From the human T2T-CHM13v2.0 reference genome, Homo sapiens: a stretch of 64,000 bases of DNA. The translations under genes and the position numbers were made by a program. The stretch lies in assembly GCF_009914755.1 (NCBI RefSeq), contig NC_060933.1. One strand, 5' to 3'. A model generated the notes under the pieces. That model was not told where the DNA came from. It worked only from the letters and a program-made list of their open reading frames with translations, and did no database searches. Below, one piece after another: positions 13,951 through 29,040 of this stretch. The first letter of the stretch is position 1. The number at the start of each line of letters is the position of its first letter.

Positions 13951-15415
13951 CACACCTCTTCTCGGTAGCAGGCCTTCTGAGTCCTCCATGCCTTTTCCAC
14001 TTCACTCTTCCATAACAGACAGGTAAGATGAATGGAAGCTCACAATGGGCAGGCTTGATGGACGAGGACAGCCAGGGCTGTGGCTAACGACTGAGTTTTG
14101 TTGGCTGTCTGCCTTCAGCTGGCCTTTTTCTTGATGAATGTCTGAATGAGGTGCACTGGTAGAATTCTGAGGAGGCACAAGGAAGGGGATGAGGAGCTTC
14201 AGGCAAATGGTGGGAAAGAGAAAGTGAAAAGGGAAGAAATAGAGCAGCTGCTATGTGGAGTGAAACTAACTTTACGGAAGAAAGATGCTTACAGAGGACT
14301 TTTAGGGAGTTTTGTTCTAACGTATGCACTGAAACCCTTCCCCCATCTTCACAAGAAAACAATAGTAAGGATCATCATTTTTTAAATGTTTTTGAGTTAG
14401 ACTTTTGTATTTTGCATTGATTTTTAGATGTATGGATTTCTCTGATGAGTTCCAACATTTGGGTTATAATAAAAAGAAAAACACATTTACACTATTACCA
14501 TTACCAACGAGCCAAAATTAGGCAAAGCAAAAAGTACATACTCCCCCTGCTCCCTCTCTTAACCCCCGCCCCGCCAAACACACACTTACTGAAAGGATTT
14601 GTGAGTCATTATTGTGACCTAACAAATGTAATGCTTTTCTCATATTTTTACTGTAGAAACAGCAAATTACAGACCCATTGACTGGCCAGTATACCTGGGA
14701 GACACTGTTCGGTATAGATTGTGATAGATCAAATAGGAAGATATAAAAATGCCCTTCCATCTGACCCCAACTGAGTGCTGAACCTGCAGGTGCAGGTGCT
14801 GAAACTGGTCCCCATTATCTGAATGTTAAGGATTCATCTGGAATGTGAGAAAGCTCCAATGTCCTAAAAACAAATCTGCAGCATAAAACTAAGGAGAGGA
14901 TTTGAATTTTCTGACCTAAATAAGTCTCCTTCAATCCCAAAATGTCTCCCAAAAGACAATATTTCCCAATCTGAGAAATTTGAGATTGTGGAGGGCTGCA
15001 AGTTGTCTGCAAATCAATATGGTATACACATTCTTTTCAACTAATAGGTACCTAAAATACAACACCTTTCCTACTGAGGTGGGAATAAAAAAATGACATT
15101 CCAAACTTGAAAAGCTTGTAAATTTACTGGCATATGAAGAAACACAGTTAAGTCTCGCTTAGTGTCATGTCAAAGTAAAGAAACTTTTTTGTACTTCATA
15201 GTTTTAATCTGTTTTCCAAGTCCACTCATAAAATTTGCCATGTGCAAGGAACAACATAGTATTCAGCTAATTTGTTTGGCGAATGAATAAACTTTACTAT
15301 TTCACCTTGGGAAATCATTTTTTTAAAAAAGCACATTCAAAGGAATATGCTTTTAACTTCTGTAATACAATGGAAGCAAAGCAGAATATCACAAACTTCT
15401 TACTCAATATGGTAG

Positions 15416-15740
<325 letters not shown>

Positions 15741-15742
15741 TA

Positions 15743-15982
<240 letters not shown>

Positions 15983-16176
15983 TCATTGAACTATTACATA
16001 ATTGAGTGTTATTTACACGTGAGTTTCTCTGGTGATTAGTCTCCCGTGCTTTTTCACTAGACTACAATGCCACCTTTTACTCGATCACAATGACTGGTTA
16101 GCAAGATGAGCTATATGTTCAACAAGGTACAAATATGTGCACAATTTATGTCTTAGGTTTACCTCATTTTCCTTTG

Positions 16177-16276
16177 CTCTGATTTAGTAGGTCTGTGGTG
16201 AGGCCCACAAATCTGTTTTTAACACTTTCCCCAGGTGATTCTTAGGTGCAGCCACAGTTTAAGCACCTTGTTCTAG
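16177..16276. mobile_element. MER5-family hAT fragment
   Basis: ctgatttagtaggtctg...ccccaggtgattct. Confidence 0.6.
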
Positions 16277-16792
16277 GTGGTGCCGTATCAAGGACAGTGA
16301 TACTGTTTCGTCTATGCCAATGTGGCTTGCTGAAGGGTGTAAAACCAGTCCTGCTGAGCAGATCCCTCTGAACAGCTGAGCCACCTTTCAAGACAGTAGC
16401 AGGATTCTCACCTGAGATAGAGGATTTCTCCACATGGGGCAGCCTCACTTTTCTCCTAATGATACAGCCTGAGGAACAGAGGGTCTGACCTCTTGTCTGG
16501 CCTTCCTAGCCTTCCTAGCGCACATTCAGTAGAGAAATCAACTCTCTCAAAGATGGATCTCCAGGCCTTTTGATGATCTTTCTCCCTCTGCCTCAAATGC
16601 TTCAGGCTGGAAGCACTGGAATGCATTGGAAGCATTGGAATGCATTCACACAGGGGCCAGCGTCCTTCTGGCAAAGGTTCTGCTAAGCTTCAAGGCAACC
16701 TTGAGTCACTCCTTTGAGGTGGCTCAATCATTTCCTGCCACTTAGCCATGACATATCTCAAAGTTCATCAACTATCTACAGATAAAGTGTCC

Positions 16793-16875
16793 ATATAGAT
16801 ATATAGATATATACACACATATATTTATATATATATACACACATACATATGTATACATATATATACACACACATA
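16793..16875. repeat. (TA)/(CA) compound microsatellite
   Basis: Seen directly. Confidence 0.85.
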
Positions 16876-16924
16876 TTCTAAGATCATTGTGTGAGACTAT
16901 TCCTTTTAAAAAAAAATTTAATCA

Positions 16925-17237
<313 letters not shown>

Positions 17238-17596
17238 TTAAATTAATTCTTTGCATAGAAAAGGAAGGCTTTTAAGCAAAAGAGTGCTTTTGTAAGATAA
17301 CATGTGATTACCCGTAAGATAACAGATGAAGTAATGAGGAAGGAGAACACAGAGGAGAGGGAAGAGAAGCAGTGTGTGCTTTTTACTCCCAAACATAAAC
17401 TGATCCCAGCAGAAGCCAATGATAAGAGCCAAACAGAAAATTATCATGCTCCCAGAACTACACCCCCATCTCCACCTTCTACCGTGTGTCCAAACCCTAC
17501 ACTAATGTTCATTCTAGTTCCTTACTCAAATTTTATCTTATATTTTTGATCCACTCAATTCCTATCACATAAACACACTTATGAAAATGTGTGTGA

Positions 17597-17950
<354 letters not shown>

Positions 17951-18708
17951 TCATCTTGAGACATCAATCCCACTGCTGTCCACAATGTTTCGGCCATGGA
18001 CATTCTCAAGTCCTATGCCCTGCTTCCAGTCAATCAGTGCCCTTGGATTGCCTTTGCAGAAACTATCAAATCCTGGAGCATTCATTGGAACAGTTGTATT
18101 TTAGATGCTGTCACAAGGGAGTAAGTAGAAACCAAAGGAGCTGAAACTTCTTCAACCTCTAAGCTGACTCACTCTTTATTTCAGAGTTCAGATACAAGTC
18201 ATATTTATTTCGCTTTAGCTAAGCACATCTTCATGGTAGCTGGCTCATTTTTGTTCAAGTAATTTACATCCATTTCCTCTTATTAAGTCATTTGCCCCTC
18301 CTTTAAGTCCTTTTAGGCAGTTAGTAGTCCATTGTTTTCTCTTGGGACCTATTTCCTTCAGCTTTTATACTTTTTGGTACTCTAATATCCTGAAACAGCA
18401 AAGTTTCCAAAGTGACTAACTTAACCTAAGATGTTACTCATACATCAGAGGAATCGTTTTCAGAAATGTCTTAAACAGCTTTCTCCTTTCTTCAAATAAA
18501 TTTTAATGCAGAGGCTTGATATATAAAACAGGTAAGTGTGGAGTGCCTCAGTTTTCAGGATAAGAGAACTCGGATGGGTAGGCTTGTGCTCATTCTTGTC
18601 CCCCGAGGCTGCCCAGAAGGACCTTTCCAGAAATCTAGGTACCTGTAGAGCACATTTTAATAACACTTGTGCTAACAGAATCTGAATTATTTAAATACTA
18701 TATGTGTG

Positions 18709-18756
18709 CAGATAGATAGATAGATGATAGATAGATAGATAATAGATAGATAGATA
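18709..18756. repeat. (GATA)n tetranucleotide STR
   Basis: Seen directly. Confidence 0.95.
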
Positions 18757-18799
18757 AACTTCTACCCTGATTTGTAGACCATGCCATGCCTGGAGAGAT

Positions 18800-19750
18800 C
18801 TAAATATTCACAATGAAATGAACAACAAATAAATCTATATAGAATCAATGAAAAGATACTGCAATAAAGAAGGAAGCCAAATATAAGGCATGAAAACTCA
18901 GGAGAAAAGTAGACTCTAAAAAATAATGAGATGACTTCCAGAAGAATCAGAAGAAAATTATGGTACAGTTTCCTAGTGTTCCCAGAGTTATAAGAAGACA
19001 TGACCTTTGTAAAACAAAAACTCCAAGTTTTAATGGGGAATATAGTTAAATGAAGAAAGAGATGCAGAAGGAACTAGCTGAAATGAGAAAAACAAGTACA
19101 AAAAATCTAATATATTATAATAAAATTAAAATCTCCATTGAAGAAGGTAATGAGCAGAAGTGACATTGAATAAAACTGGAACAATAATATTGAAGACAAA
19201 CTTGAGAATCTATCACTGCACAGAGAGAAAATAACAACAAAAATTAAATACTGACAGGAAAAATGATATTTTTCAAAAACAGGGAAGTCAGAAATATTAG
19301 GACCCAAAAACAAAATGAACAAAAAACATAAAAGAAAGAAAAAAAATTTTCTGGAATTAAAAAAATAGAAATCCTGAGTCTATTCAAAAACAGGGTTCAG
19401 GATGTTCCGGGAAAAATTATTGAACTAGAACCCATTCCAACACAAAAGGCAAACTATTTTAATGATGTGGATAAAGAAAAATACTATAGAGTATAAGAAG
19501 AAGAAAAGTTTATCTAGAAATGGAAAAAATTCAAGCTTCATCACATGTGTAAATTCAAGAAGAAAATGGAGGTGCGTCTGCCAGATTTTGAGGGGAAAAA
19601 CATAGTGAACTAAAATTCTGAACTTTGTCAACTTTCTTTCACAAACAAAAGCAACAGAAAAAACTTCTCATGCAAAGATACAGCAAGAATTCCACAAATG
19701 CACCTTTGACAGAAATGTCTTCAATTACATTCTAAAGCTAAAGTAGTTGA
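18800..19750 (+). mobile_element. ancient L1M/HAL1 ORF1-like fragment
   Basis: A-rich decayed ORF1-like sequence. Confidence 0.5.
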
Positions 19751-19989
19751 AAGAGGATTCAAGAAGTCAAAAGTCAAAATATAAAAGCACTAGTGTCAGT
19801 ACAGACAAGATAACATAACAATATACACAGAAAATAACTACAAAACCTGTTGCAAATAAAATTTTAAAATTTCACTCAAAGCAAACATAAGACTGCCATT
19901 TATGGTATCATAATGGACTAAAGACCATGATTGACCCTCCTGGTGAAAATGACTAAAAAATGCTAGATTAAATATATATTTTTAATAAC

Positions 19990-20272
19990 TCTTTTTCTTG
20001 AGATGAGATCGCACTCTGTTGCCCAGGCTGGACTGCAGTGTGACGCGATCATGGCTCCCTACAACCTCGGTCTGCCAGGCTCAAGTTATCTTCCCATCTC
20101 AGCCTCTGGAATAGCTGGGACCAGGTATGCACCACCACACCCAGCTAATTTTTGCATTTTTTGTAGAGATGCGCTTTCGCCATGGTACCCAGGATGGTCT
20201 TGAACTCCTGAACTCAAGTGATCCACCTGCCTTGGCCTCCTAAAGTGCTAGGCATGAGCCACCATGCCCGGC
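19990..20272 (-). mobile_element. AluJ
   Basis: Antisense Alu, TSD-like ttaaatatatat on both sides. Confidence 0.9.
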
Positions 20273-20709
20273 CTTAAATATATATATAGTTTTTAAACTT
20301 TTTTTATTTGTTAATTAGCTTGATTTAATCATTCCATAGTGTAAATATGGATCAAAACACATCCTGTATCCCATAAATATACAATATATATGATTATTAT
20401 TTTTCAATTAAAAATAAAATTTAAGAAAGAAAGTACATTACCTGTGGAGAACAAATGCTATATATCTGTTAATGCAGGGCTGGAATTTAAATTATTTAAA
20501 GCTTCATGTCCTTATTTTTGTCTACTTAGCCTGTCAGAGATTGAGAATACTGTATTACGGCTTCCACTATAATTGCCTCTGACATTGTTCTTTTGCAAAA
20601 GGTTTTATTGTATACATTTATTTGCCTATTTTATATATTTCTTAGTTGCTATATATTCAGTATGGGGATGCTTCATTATAAAATATTTCTCTTTTACCAT
20701 AGTCATTGT

Positions 20710-22600
20710 CTTTTTAAATACTCAATAAGCTGATAAGAAAATAGACAACCTTTGGACAATAAAAACTGAAGAGAACAAAAAAATACCTAGAGGAATAAGT
20801 GGAGAACTAAACCTGGCTTTGTTTTGAGGCATTTTCTGAATCCAGGTGACCTTAGGCTTCTGTTTTCACAGGCTCATGGGTTGCAGAGGACAGAAGACGA
20901 AGCTCACCTGTGATGCACAGTCTCATGGAAAACTGGCCAAATAACAAGTGGGTTCCCAAAGAACTACTTGTACATCAGTGTAAGATGAATAGAATCAAAC
21001 ACCTCACACACCAAGGGCATAATAGAGAAAATTGCCTGTTTGAAACCTTGGATGGGGTAAAGAAGGTATGCAAATTCATTCCAAAGCTAACCCCCTCAGG
21101 AGCCTCAAATTTTCTCTATCTAGATGATCCAACAAACCTGAGAACTTAATTTAAAGTTATCCCCCTGGGTTTTCAGTGTCCCTAGTCTCATGGAAGAAGC
21201 AAATGTAAATATTTTTTCAATGAACCAACCCTCAACAAAAGCCTCAAAGAATTCCTACCAAAGATATTCCAAGGACCATGAGCAGCTTACAGTCAAAAAT
21301 TACAAAATACACAAGGAAAGAAGCTACCATCTGAGAAAGCCTGCAATAATAACAGACAACAAAATCAGTCTTGCAAAGAGTTCAGATATTGGAATTATTG
21401 GTAATAGAATATTTTTTAAATATGTTGATTTAAAATATATTCAAAGAAATGAAATGTTTTAAATATGATTAAAGAGCAAGGGATTATAAGAGTAAGCAGA
21501 TTTGAAAAAGAACCAAACTGTGCTCCCAGTATCAAAATATAAAATAAAATCATTGAAATGAAACAAATTCCATGAAGCAGTTGAACCAGACGATTAGACA
21601 CAGATAAAAGTATTAGCAAAAAGTTAGTTATACAGAATTAATTTAGTATGCTCCTTAGAGAGACAAAAAGATGGAAAACAATAAAAAGGAGGTTAAGATA
21701 TAGAAGATAAAGTGTAATATACATGTAAATGGAGTTTCATAAAAAGGGAGAAATAGAATGGAGAAGAGGTAATACCTAAAGAGATAATGATGAGTAATTT
21801 CCTAGAATTTATAGAAGAAATCAATAGCGAATCCAAGCAGGATACATAATAATAAACACATAGCTAAATTCATCATAATAAAATATCAGGATATTACAAA
21901 CCAGGAGATTTTTCAAACAGGAACTAGAGTGGAAAGAAAAATTAATGCCAAAGGAGTAACAACATTAACTGACATCTTAACAGCAAAAATGGAAGCCAGG
22001 CAGTAAAATAATATTCTCAATATGATAAGAGGAAATAACTCAACCTAGCACAGTAGATCCAGTGGAAAAACATTTCAAGAGCAAGTACAAAATAGACATT
22101 TTCAGACAAAACAAAACTTCATAATTTGCCATCATTAAAGAAAATTCTAAAACAGAATTGTCCAATAGAAATATAACATGAGCAATATGTAAATTGAATG
22201 TTCTAGTATCCACATTTTTAAAGCAAAAAAAAGGTAAAATTAATTTTAATAAGTCTGTTTAATCCAATATATCCAAAATATTATCATTTCAAAATGTAAT
22301 CGATATAAGAATCATTAGTGAGATATTTTGGGTTTGGTATTTCCTTTGAAACCCAGTGCGTACTTTATACTTACAGCAAATCTCAATTCAGACTAGTAAT
22401 AACTCAAGCGCTCAATATTCACATGACTAGTGATCACTGTATTGGTCAGCACCGTGTTAAAAGATACACTTTAGATAGAAGGAAAGTGATTCCAGATGGA
22501 AGGGCTGACGCGCAACAAGGGAGGTTGAGGAAAGCAAGTGGTAAATATGTGGGTAAATCCAACGTTCTAAAACAACATTGACTATATATATATAACAATA
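20710..22600 (+). mobile_element. old L1M 5' region/ORF1 fragment
   Basis: ORF1-like motifs (tgacatcttaacagcaaaaatggaagccaggcagt...gacattttcagacaaa). Confidence 0.6.
22153..22455. mobile_element. MER33 (hAT-Charlie MITE)
   Basis: Termini tgtccaatagaaatata...gtattggtcagc; about 300 bp matching MER33. Confidence 0.8.
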
Positions 22601-22607
22601 ATACTTG

Positions 22608-22905
22608 GGCCAGGCGTAGTGGCTCACACCTGTAATCTGAGCACTTTGGAAGGCTGAGGCAGGCAGATCGCTTGAGGTCAAGTCCAACCTGGCCAACATG
22701 GTGAAACCCCATTTCTACTAAAAATACAAAAATTAGCTGGGTATGTTGGTGCATGCCTGTAGTTTCGGCTACTTGGGAGGCTGAGGCACGAGAATCGCTT
22801 GAACCCAGGAAGTGGAGGTTGCAGTGAGCCGAGATCACGCCACTGCGCTCCAGGATGGGCTACAGAGACAGACTTGTCTAATAAAATAAAATAAAATAAA
22901 ATAAT
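22608..22905 (+). mobile_element. AluS with (TAAAA)n tail
   Basis: Alu body; TSD aataatacttg/aataatatttg. Confidence 0.95.
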
Positions 22906-23369
22906 AATATTTGTATTCTAAACCAGAAGTTAGGGAAAGGTCTGATCAGGTTCTGTTTAAATAGTTTTGGGCAAGAACGCTTCATGAACATGTATATTTC
23001 ATATTGCCTGACATTAGGAGGTATGCAACATCTAGTCAATGACAACAGGACTGGATCAAAGTGAAACAGACCAATCACAAAGTTATATTTTTCCTGCTTT
23101 TTACCAAAAGTCAATCTGTGGGGTGAAACCTTGGCAAAAGATACAAATACAAAGTCCCTGAGACAGAAGCATGTGTGGTGTATTTGAGAAATAGTGAGGA
23201 GTAAGATTTCCTGTAGTGTAGACTAAGTGAATATCTGATCAGAATCATTTACCCAACAATTTTTTTAATATAAAATGTATTAGAATCACTAAATACATTA
23301 TTTTTAATTACTGAAAAGAATTTCTTCAGAATTATTACCCAAATACCTTTGCAGCAAACTACTACTGGT

Positions 23370-23838
23370 ACTAGACCCAGATCCCCCTGAAGCCCTTCTG
23401 CCATTTCTTTGTACCCACTTCAACACACCTCGAGCTTTTCTGGGCTTCTACTTCCATGGGCCTGCACCTATGACCATCTTCAGAAGACTGCCCTCAGCCA
23501 CGGATGCCACTTGGCCTGCCTGTACAGTGAGCTGCAAAGATCTGAGAGTTTAAGACTCCTAAGTGTCCTTTCGATAATGTCTGACTTATGAAGGTCCAGC
23601 TCCCTTGCCTCAAACTGGGACAAGTTCTGAGCTATAATTAAATCTCCACTGTTCATCTGTATAATATAACTGAGGTTACAACTTTGCCTGAAATTTTACC
23701 CTTGGCTGGATTCCTTCCTTTCCCTGATCTGCTTCTCTTACTTCTTTACCACTTTTTCCCTGGGAGCAATTTCCTAATACAATTTGCACATAAATCCTCG
23801 ATTCAGTGTCTGCCCCTGGAGTAACTCCTACAAGACAA
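23370..23838 (+). mobile_element. LTR16-family ERVL solo LTR
   Basis: cagctcccttgcctca and 3' end ttgcacataaatcctcg...gtctgc...aagaca. Confidence 0.65.
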
Positions 23839-25329
23839 TCCCTATTGTTGAGTGCCACATTACATCCAGAATGTGTACGACAGTTATAATCAAATTCTAT
23901 ATGCTTATATGCAAAACTGAACCTCCACAAGACTTCGTTCTACTCTCATTTGAAGTCACTGGGTGAATTACTAGTAATTCATCATGAAAAGTCCAAAGCT
24001 GATCCATGAGTGGCAGGTATATAACAGTCAGGATACAATACTGTACACATCACAGCATTAAATCACACTCCTACATGCAGTATTAGCATTATTGAAAACT
24101 CAGCTGTGAATCACTTTTCTAGATGTGTAAAACTTCTATGCTTCTTGAATACAAGCAAATTGGTCACCATTTCTAAGGACTGAATGTGGCACTTATTGTT
24201 TCAGAGACAATGGGTCCAGTGTTTGCTGCTCAGACTACATGTTTCAAATGGAATCTTTGTCTGGTTAACATGAAAAAAAATTAGACTCTATATTTATTGG
24301 AAAAAGAGCAATTCAGCAGCCATCACTCAAAGAAACAAGCCCTGGCAGTCTTAAGTTACAGCTGTTGAGTAAAACCATGGGTAGCCATTTAGTAGGACAA
24401 ACCAGAGACTTCTGAAAGGGGCCAAGAAGAAACCAGTAAAGAGAACCAGCTTCTCACCTTTCTTTAACCATTTTTAATCACTGAGAAACTCTTTTCACAA
24501 TTACATAAATGCTTTCAAGCACATTTCTACAATAACTTTTCACAAGCCAAAATCTCTCCCAGTGACACTGTTTAAATATTTACAAATATAACACATGATG
24601 GCTTGAAGTGCTGCAAGTAGTGTAGAGAAATCTCATCAGATTGCACTCCCCTGGTTTTTAAAAAATATCTTGGAAATTATCTGCTGATGTTCAGCATTCT
24701 CCTTTATAGGAAAATATACGTGCGCATGTGTGTGTGTGTACACATATATACATATATCAAGAATGTAAACAAGGTCATTTAAAAAAACATTTCTCCAACC
24801 TTACGTTATGAGTGTAACTTTGTGGTGTTGGGCAGGGCAAAATGCACCTGTCATATACAACAGATATTCCCAGGAATACTAAAAAGTAATTGGCCATACA
24901 AATGGGATATTTCTAAAGCCAGTGCCAGAATACCTCACAAACGTTCTTCTTAAACTAAAGTTGTCTTAAAAGAACCAGTCAAGAGAAGGACTAGTTTCAG
25001 GCTCATCAGAAGCATTCATTCACAGACATACATTCAATGTGCCAATTAAAATCACTTAGCTCCATTCATCAAGCCTTACTTTACTCTTTGATATTGTGTG
25101 TTCTTTAATAAAATCCATTTCTATAATTCAAATTGGTCTCTCCCAACCCTTTTAGAAATATTTTTATTATATTTTTCAGAGTAAAAGATAATTCCAGTAG
25201 AAAGGAAGAAAAAAAATTCTCTTAAAATGCAATGTTCTAAACACTAAACACATCGAAATACACATAGGGATTCAGCATGTGGCAAATTCTATGTTTTTAT
25301 AATCTTAGAATGGTTTGGTTACAAAACAA

Positions 25330-26200
25330 TTGTATATGTCTGTATATTAAAACTTATATAAATGGCCAAAAGACAAATAGAAGGCTGGAAAAACTGTAAT
25401 TGAGATTACAAAGGTCTTATTTTCCTAATATATTTAAATATTAGTAAGAAAAAGATGAAGTCCAATTAAGAATGGGTAAAGGATACGAAAAGACAATTCA
25501 CAGAAAAAAAGTGAAAATTGCTCTTAAAAGTTGTTTACAAGGACAGGCACAGTGGCTTATTCCTGTAATCCCAGCATTTTGGGAGGCTGAGGTGGAAGAA
25601 TTGCTTGAGCCCAGGAGCACAAGACCAGCCTGGGCAACAAGGCAAAATCCTGCCTCTACTGAAAATACAAAAACTAGCCAGGCATGGTGCCATGTGCCTG
25701 TAGTTCCAACCACTCAGGAGGCTGAGGTGAAAGGATCACCTGAGCCCAGGAGATTGAGGCTGCAGTGAGCCATGATCGCACCATTGCACTCCAGGCTGAG
25801 TGACAGAGTGAGACCCTGTCTCAAAAAAAAAAAAAAAAAAAAAAAAAGAACCCTTTCTGTCATAAAGCTACACTAAAATATTTTAACCTATAAAATAACG
25901 GATGATCAAAAAAATGCTGTTGAAGCATATAGGCATTGCTGATAAGAATATATATTTATGTGCATATGCGTGTATGGAATTATAGAGAGAAAGATATATA
26001 TTTATAATAGTTATATGGCTACATTGCCCTCTCAACCTCTACAGAGGGCAATGTAGCCATATAACCATTAAAAATGCACAAAGACTTTGATCAGCAATTT
26101 CTTCTAGTAATTTATCCTAAAGACATATCCCAAATGTGTGAAAAGATTATGTCTACATCTATAACTATATCCATATTTATATCCATTGGTCTATCTCTCT
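25330..26200 (+). mobile_element. L1ME-type ORF2/3' fragment, interrupted by AluJ 25541-25847
   Basis: Decayed L1 motifs (aatgggtaaaggatacg...aattcacagaaaa; ctttgatcagcaatttcttctagtaatttatcct); Alu with poly(A). Confidence 0.7.
26010..26065. repeat. perfect 23-bp inverted repeat with 10-nt loop
   Basis: gttatatggctacattgccctct-caacctctac-agagggcaatgtagccatataac. Confidence 0.95.
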
Positions 26201-26469
26201 CCATAGAAAGACACCCAAAAATCTATCAGAGGCTGCCTCTGGGAAGGACAATGGATAGTGGAGTACAAGGAAGAAAGAAAAACTATTTTCTTTATATCCA
26301 TTTATACTACATTCATTTGTACCCTTTGGACCTCAAGCCCTACTACCTTTTCAAAATTTATTTTTTATATTTTTTCATATTTTTTAAATTAAGAAAACGC
26401 ACTTTTATTACAATGCCTTTCTTTAACTTTTCCTTTGCATTAATTAATGTAATTAGAAATGTAAACTAT

Positions 26470-27200
26470 CTTTTTTCCTGTTTTTATTGTATCTATTTAC
26501 AGGGTATGATGTGATGTTTCAATACATGTATACACTGTTACACTTAACAGGCTATTTACCATATCCATCACCTCAAATATTTGCCATTTTTGTGGCCAGA
26601 ACATTTAAAGTCCTCTCTTTTAGCTATTTAAAGTATGCAGTGCATTATTACTAACTATAGTTAACATGCTGTGCATAGATCACCAGAACTTATTCCTCCT
26701 GTCTAATCGAAACTTTGTGTCTTTTGACAATATCTCCTCTTTCCCTATCTACCTCCCCAATTCCCAGCCTCTGGTAACTATCATTCTACTCATTATTTCT
26801 ACAAGTTCAACTTTTTCAAAACTCCACATATAAGTGAGATCATGTGGTATTTGTCACCCTGGGCCTGGCTTATTTTACTTAGCATAATTCCCTCCAGGTT
26901 CATCCATGTTGTTGCAAATGACAGAATTTTCTGCTTTTTAAAGGCTAAATAGTATTCCATTGTATACATATACCACAGTTTTTTAATCCATTCATCCATT
27001 AGTGGGCACTTTGGTTGTTTCCATACCTTGGCTATTGTGAATGATGCTGCAATGAACACGGGAATGTAGCTATGTCTACAACATGCTGATTTCATTTCCT
27101 TTGGATATATACTCAGAAGTGGAATTGCTGGATCACATGGCAATTCTATTTTTAGTTTTTTGAGGAACCTCCACGCTGTTTTCCAAAATGGCTGTACTTC
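26470..27200 (-). mobile_element. L1MA 3' end
   Basis: ORF2 C-terminal peptide ([12 protein letters not shown]...KQPKCP) plus L1MA 3'UTR. Confidence 0.85.
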
Positions 27201-28859
27201 ATGTAAGTATGAAGTACTCAAATGTTCTAAATATGAATTTGAAGCATTAAAAAAATGCAGACTGTATTTCTGTTGATTATTTGATTCATTTCTTTGATCT
27301 AAAGTTATTCACAAAACTGATTAAAATATTCAGGAGTATAAATAGCTCAAATTTATTCTATAAATAGTTCAAATTTATTCTAGGTTTTAAACAGCATATA
27401 TGTTTTTTTCTTTGACATCATAATGTAAGAAATAAGCATTCCCCCTTTCTAATTTTTTTTTTTGCCTTTGTGATACTTTTCTAGGATCATATGGGAACAC
27501 ACAACAATGCAGCAGATTGGACCCATTGTTTCTGTATATTACATCATTGCCGTTCTTAAGTGAATACAAAAAGGAGCACACTAGATCCCATTGAATACTT
27601 TGCCAACTTGGCTACTCTACATTAATGCGTCATTTAATTCGTACAAAGCCACTATGATGAAGGTATTATTATCCTCATTAATGTGAGACTCAGAGAATCA
27701 AATACACCCGCTGGGCTGGGATGCAAACCTGGGTATATTTGGTGCCTAGTGGAGAGTGGACATGGGGTCAACAAGAATCACAAAAAACGGGTTGTGCATA
27801 GCGACTACATAAACAAATGTGTGTTTTTAATAAATGGTTTTTAATGGAAGTTAATGAGGGCATATCATTTCTAAAATATTTGTAAAATGATAATTATATT
27901 AAGTATAGATAATAAAACAGACTTAGATCTGACTCTTAATACAAAAGGTCAAAAATTAATGTAAGAATCTTTTGAAGTTCAGCTTAAATAATATTGCAAA
28001 CAGTTTAGATGCTACGTTAGCTTTACTACTGAGAAAACTCAATCATCCTGGCCAATTTTTGTAAATTTTTGCACTGGTATATCATGATAGTGGTCAAATA
28101 TTTGTGGCTTATTTTATCCCAAATCTGCACATTTAATTCTCTGTTGAATGGATTTGGGTTTTTAGGTTTACTTTTCAGTATCTGGTTTAAAGGAAAAAGA
28201 ACTCTCCATCACAGCAGGCACCAAACTTGGAAATAGCAGGAAGAACTTAGAACGTAAATTCTTTCTCAGTCCCAAAAGAGATGCTGTTCCAGCAAGACTC
28301 GGGTCAGAGGGCTGGGCACTGCTGGGGCAAGTCATGTGGCTGATCTGAGATGAACTTGTTTTGTAAAGAAACAGATGATTTCTAGCTATGAGGCTGTTGT
28401 TCCTGTAACTTTTTAGCAACAGTTAAATCCATTCCAAAATGACAAGCAACAGAAAAGAACATTCTGAATAAACTACAGATGAATGGAGTTTTCTCCTGCC
28501 TCCTTGGGAATATTATGAGCATCTTACAAAAGGGGTCATATCCTGTTTCTTTCTCTGGTTGCTACAACTGTGGTTTGTATATTGGCTGTATCACTAATGT
28601 GAATTTATAATCCAAAAATGCCAAAAGAAAAAAAAATTAGCACTCCTTCACAAATATGCATTTTTTTTTCTTTCCCCACCTTCCAACAAGCACTGTTCTA
28701 AGTCATCATTATTTTTTTCTGTGCTGGAAGCAAATCCACACGTCTTTTTCATATCCTACTGTTAGTACGGAAGGTGAAATACTGACATAAATGAAAGGAG
28801 TTGCAAGTTCAGCATTAATATAAAACAGGCAAACAGTGTTGAGAGCGTTTATAACTCAA

Positions 28860-28876
28860 CAGTGCCCCCTAGTGTA
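28860..28876 (-). promoter_or_regulatory. CTCF core motif
   Basis: cagtgccccctagtgt = ACACTAGGGGGCACTG, near-consensus CTCF. Confidence 0.6.
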
Positions 28877-29040
28877 AGTTCAAAAGATAACAGGCTGGAG
28901 AAAAGTACATTAGAAGACATTGACGAATTTATATCCTTTTAAACTATCAAGGAATTTGTCTTTTGGGGTAAACCTATTTACTTTATCAAGATACATATAT
29001 TATTTTCAACTAATAATAGGGCATTAAAAAGATCACATTC

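Noticed and set aside
27340-27383. Short tandem duplications (also 37855-37900, 44357-44390, 51741-51788, 58746-58772)
   Set aside because: Ordinary slippage duplications, not arrays; no CRISPR-like repeat-spacer structure anywhere in the window
28168-28419. 83-aa minus-strand ORF in unique DNA with faint similarity to the 29542-29730 segment
   Set aside because: Similarity is limited to two short words, with no convincing splice pair or homology
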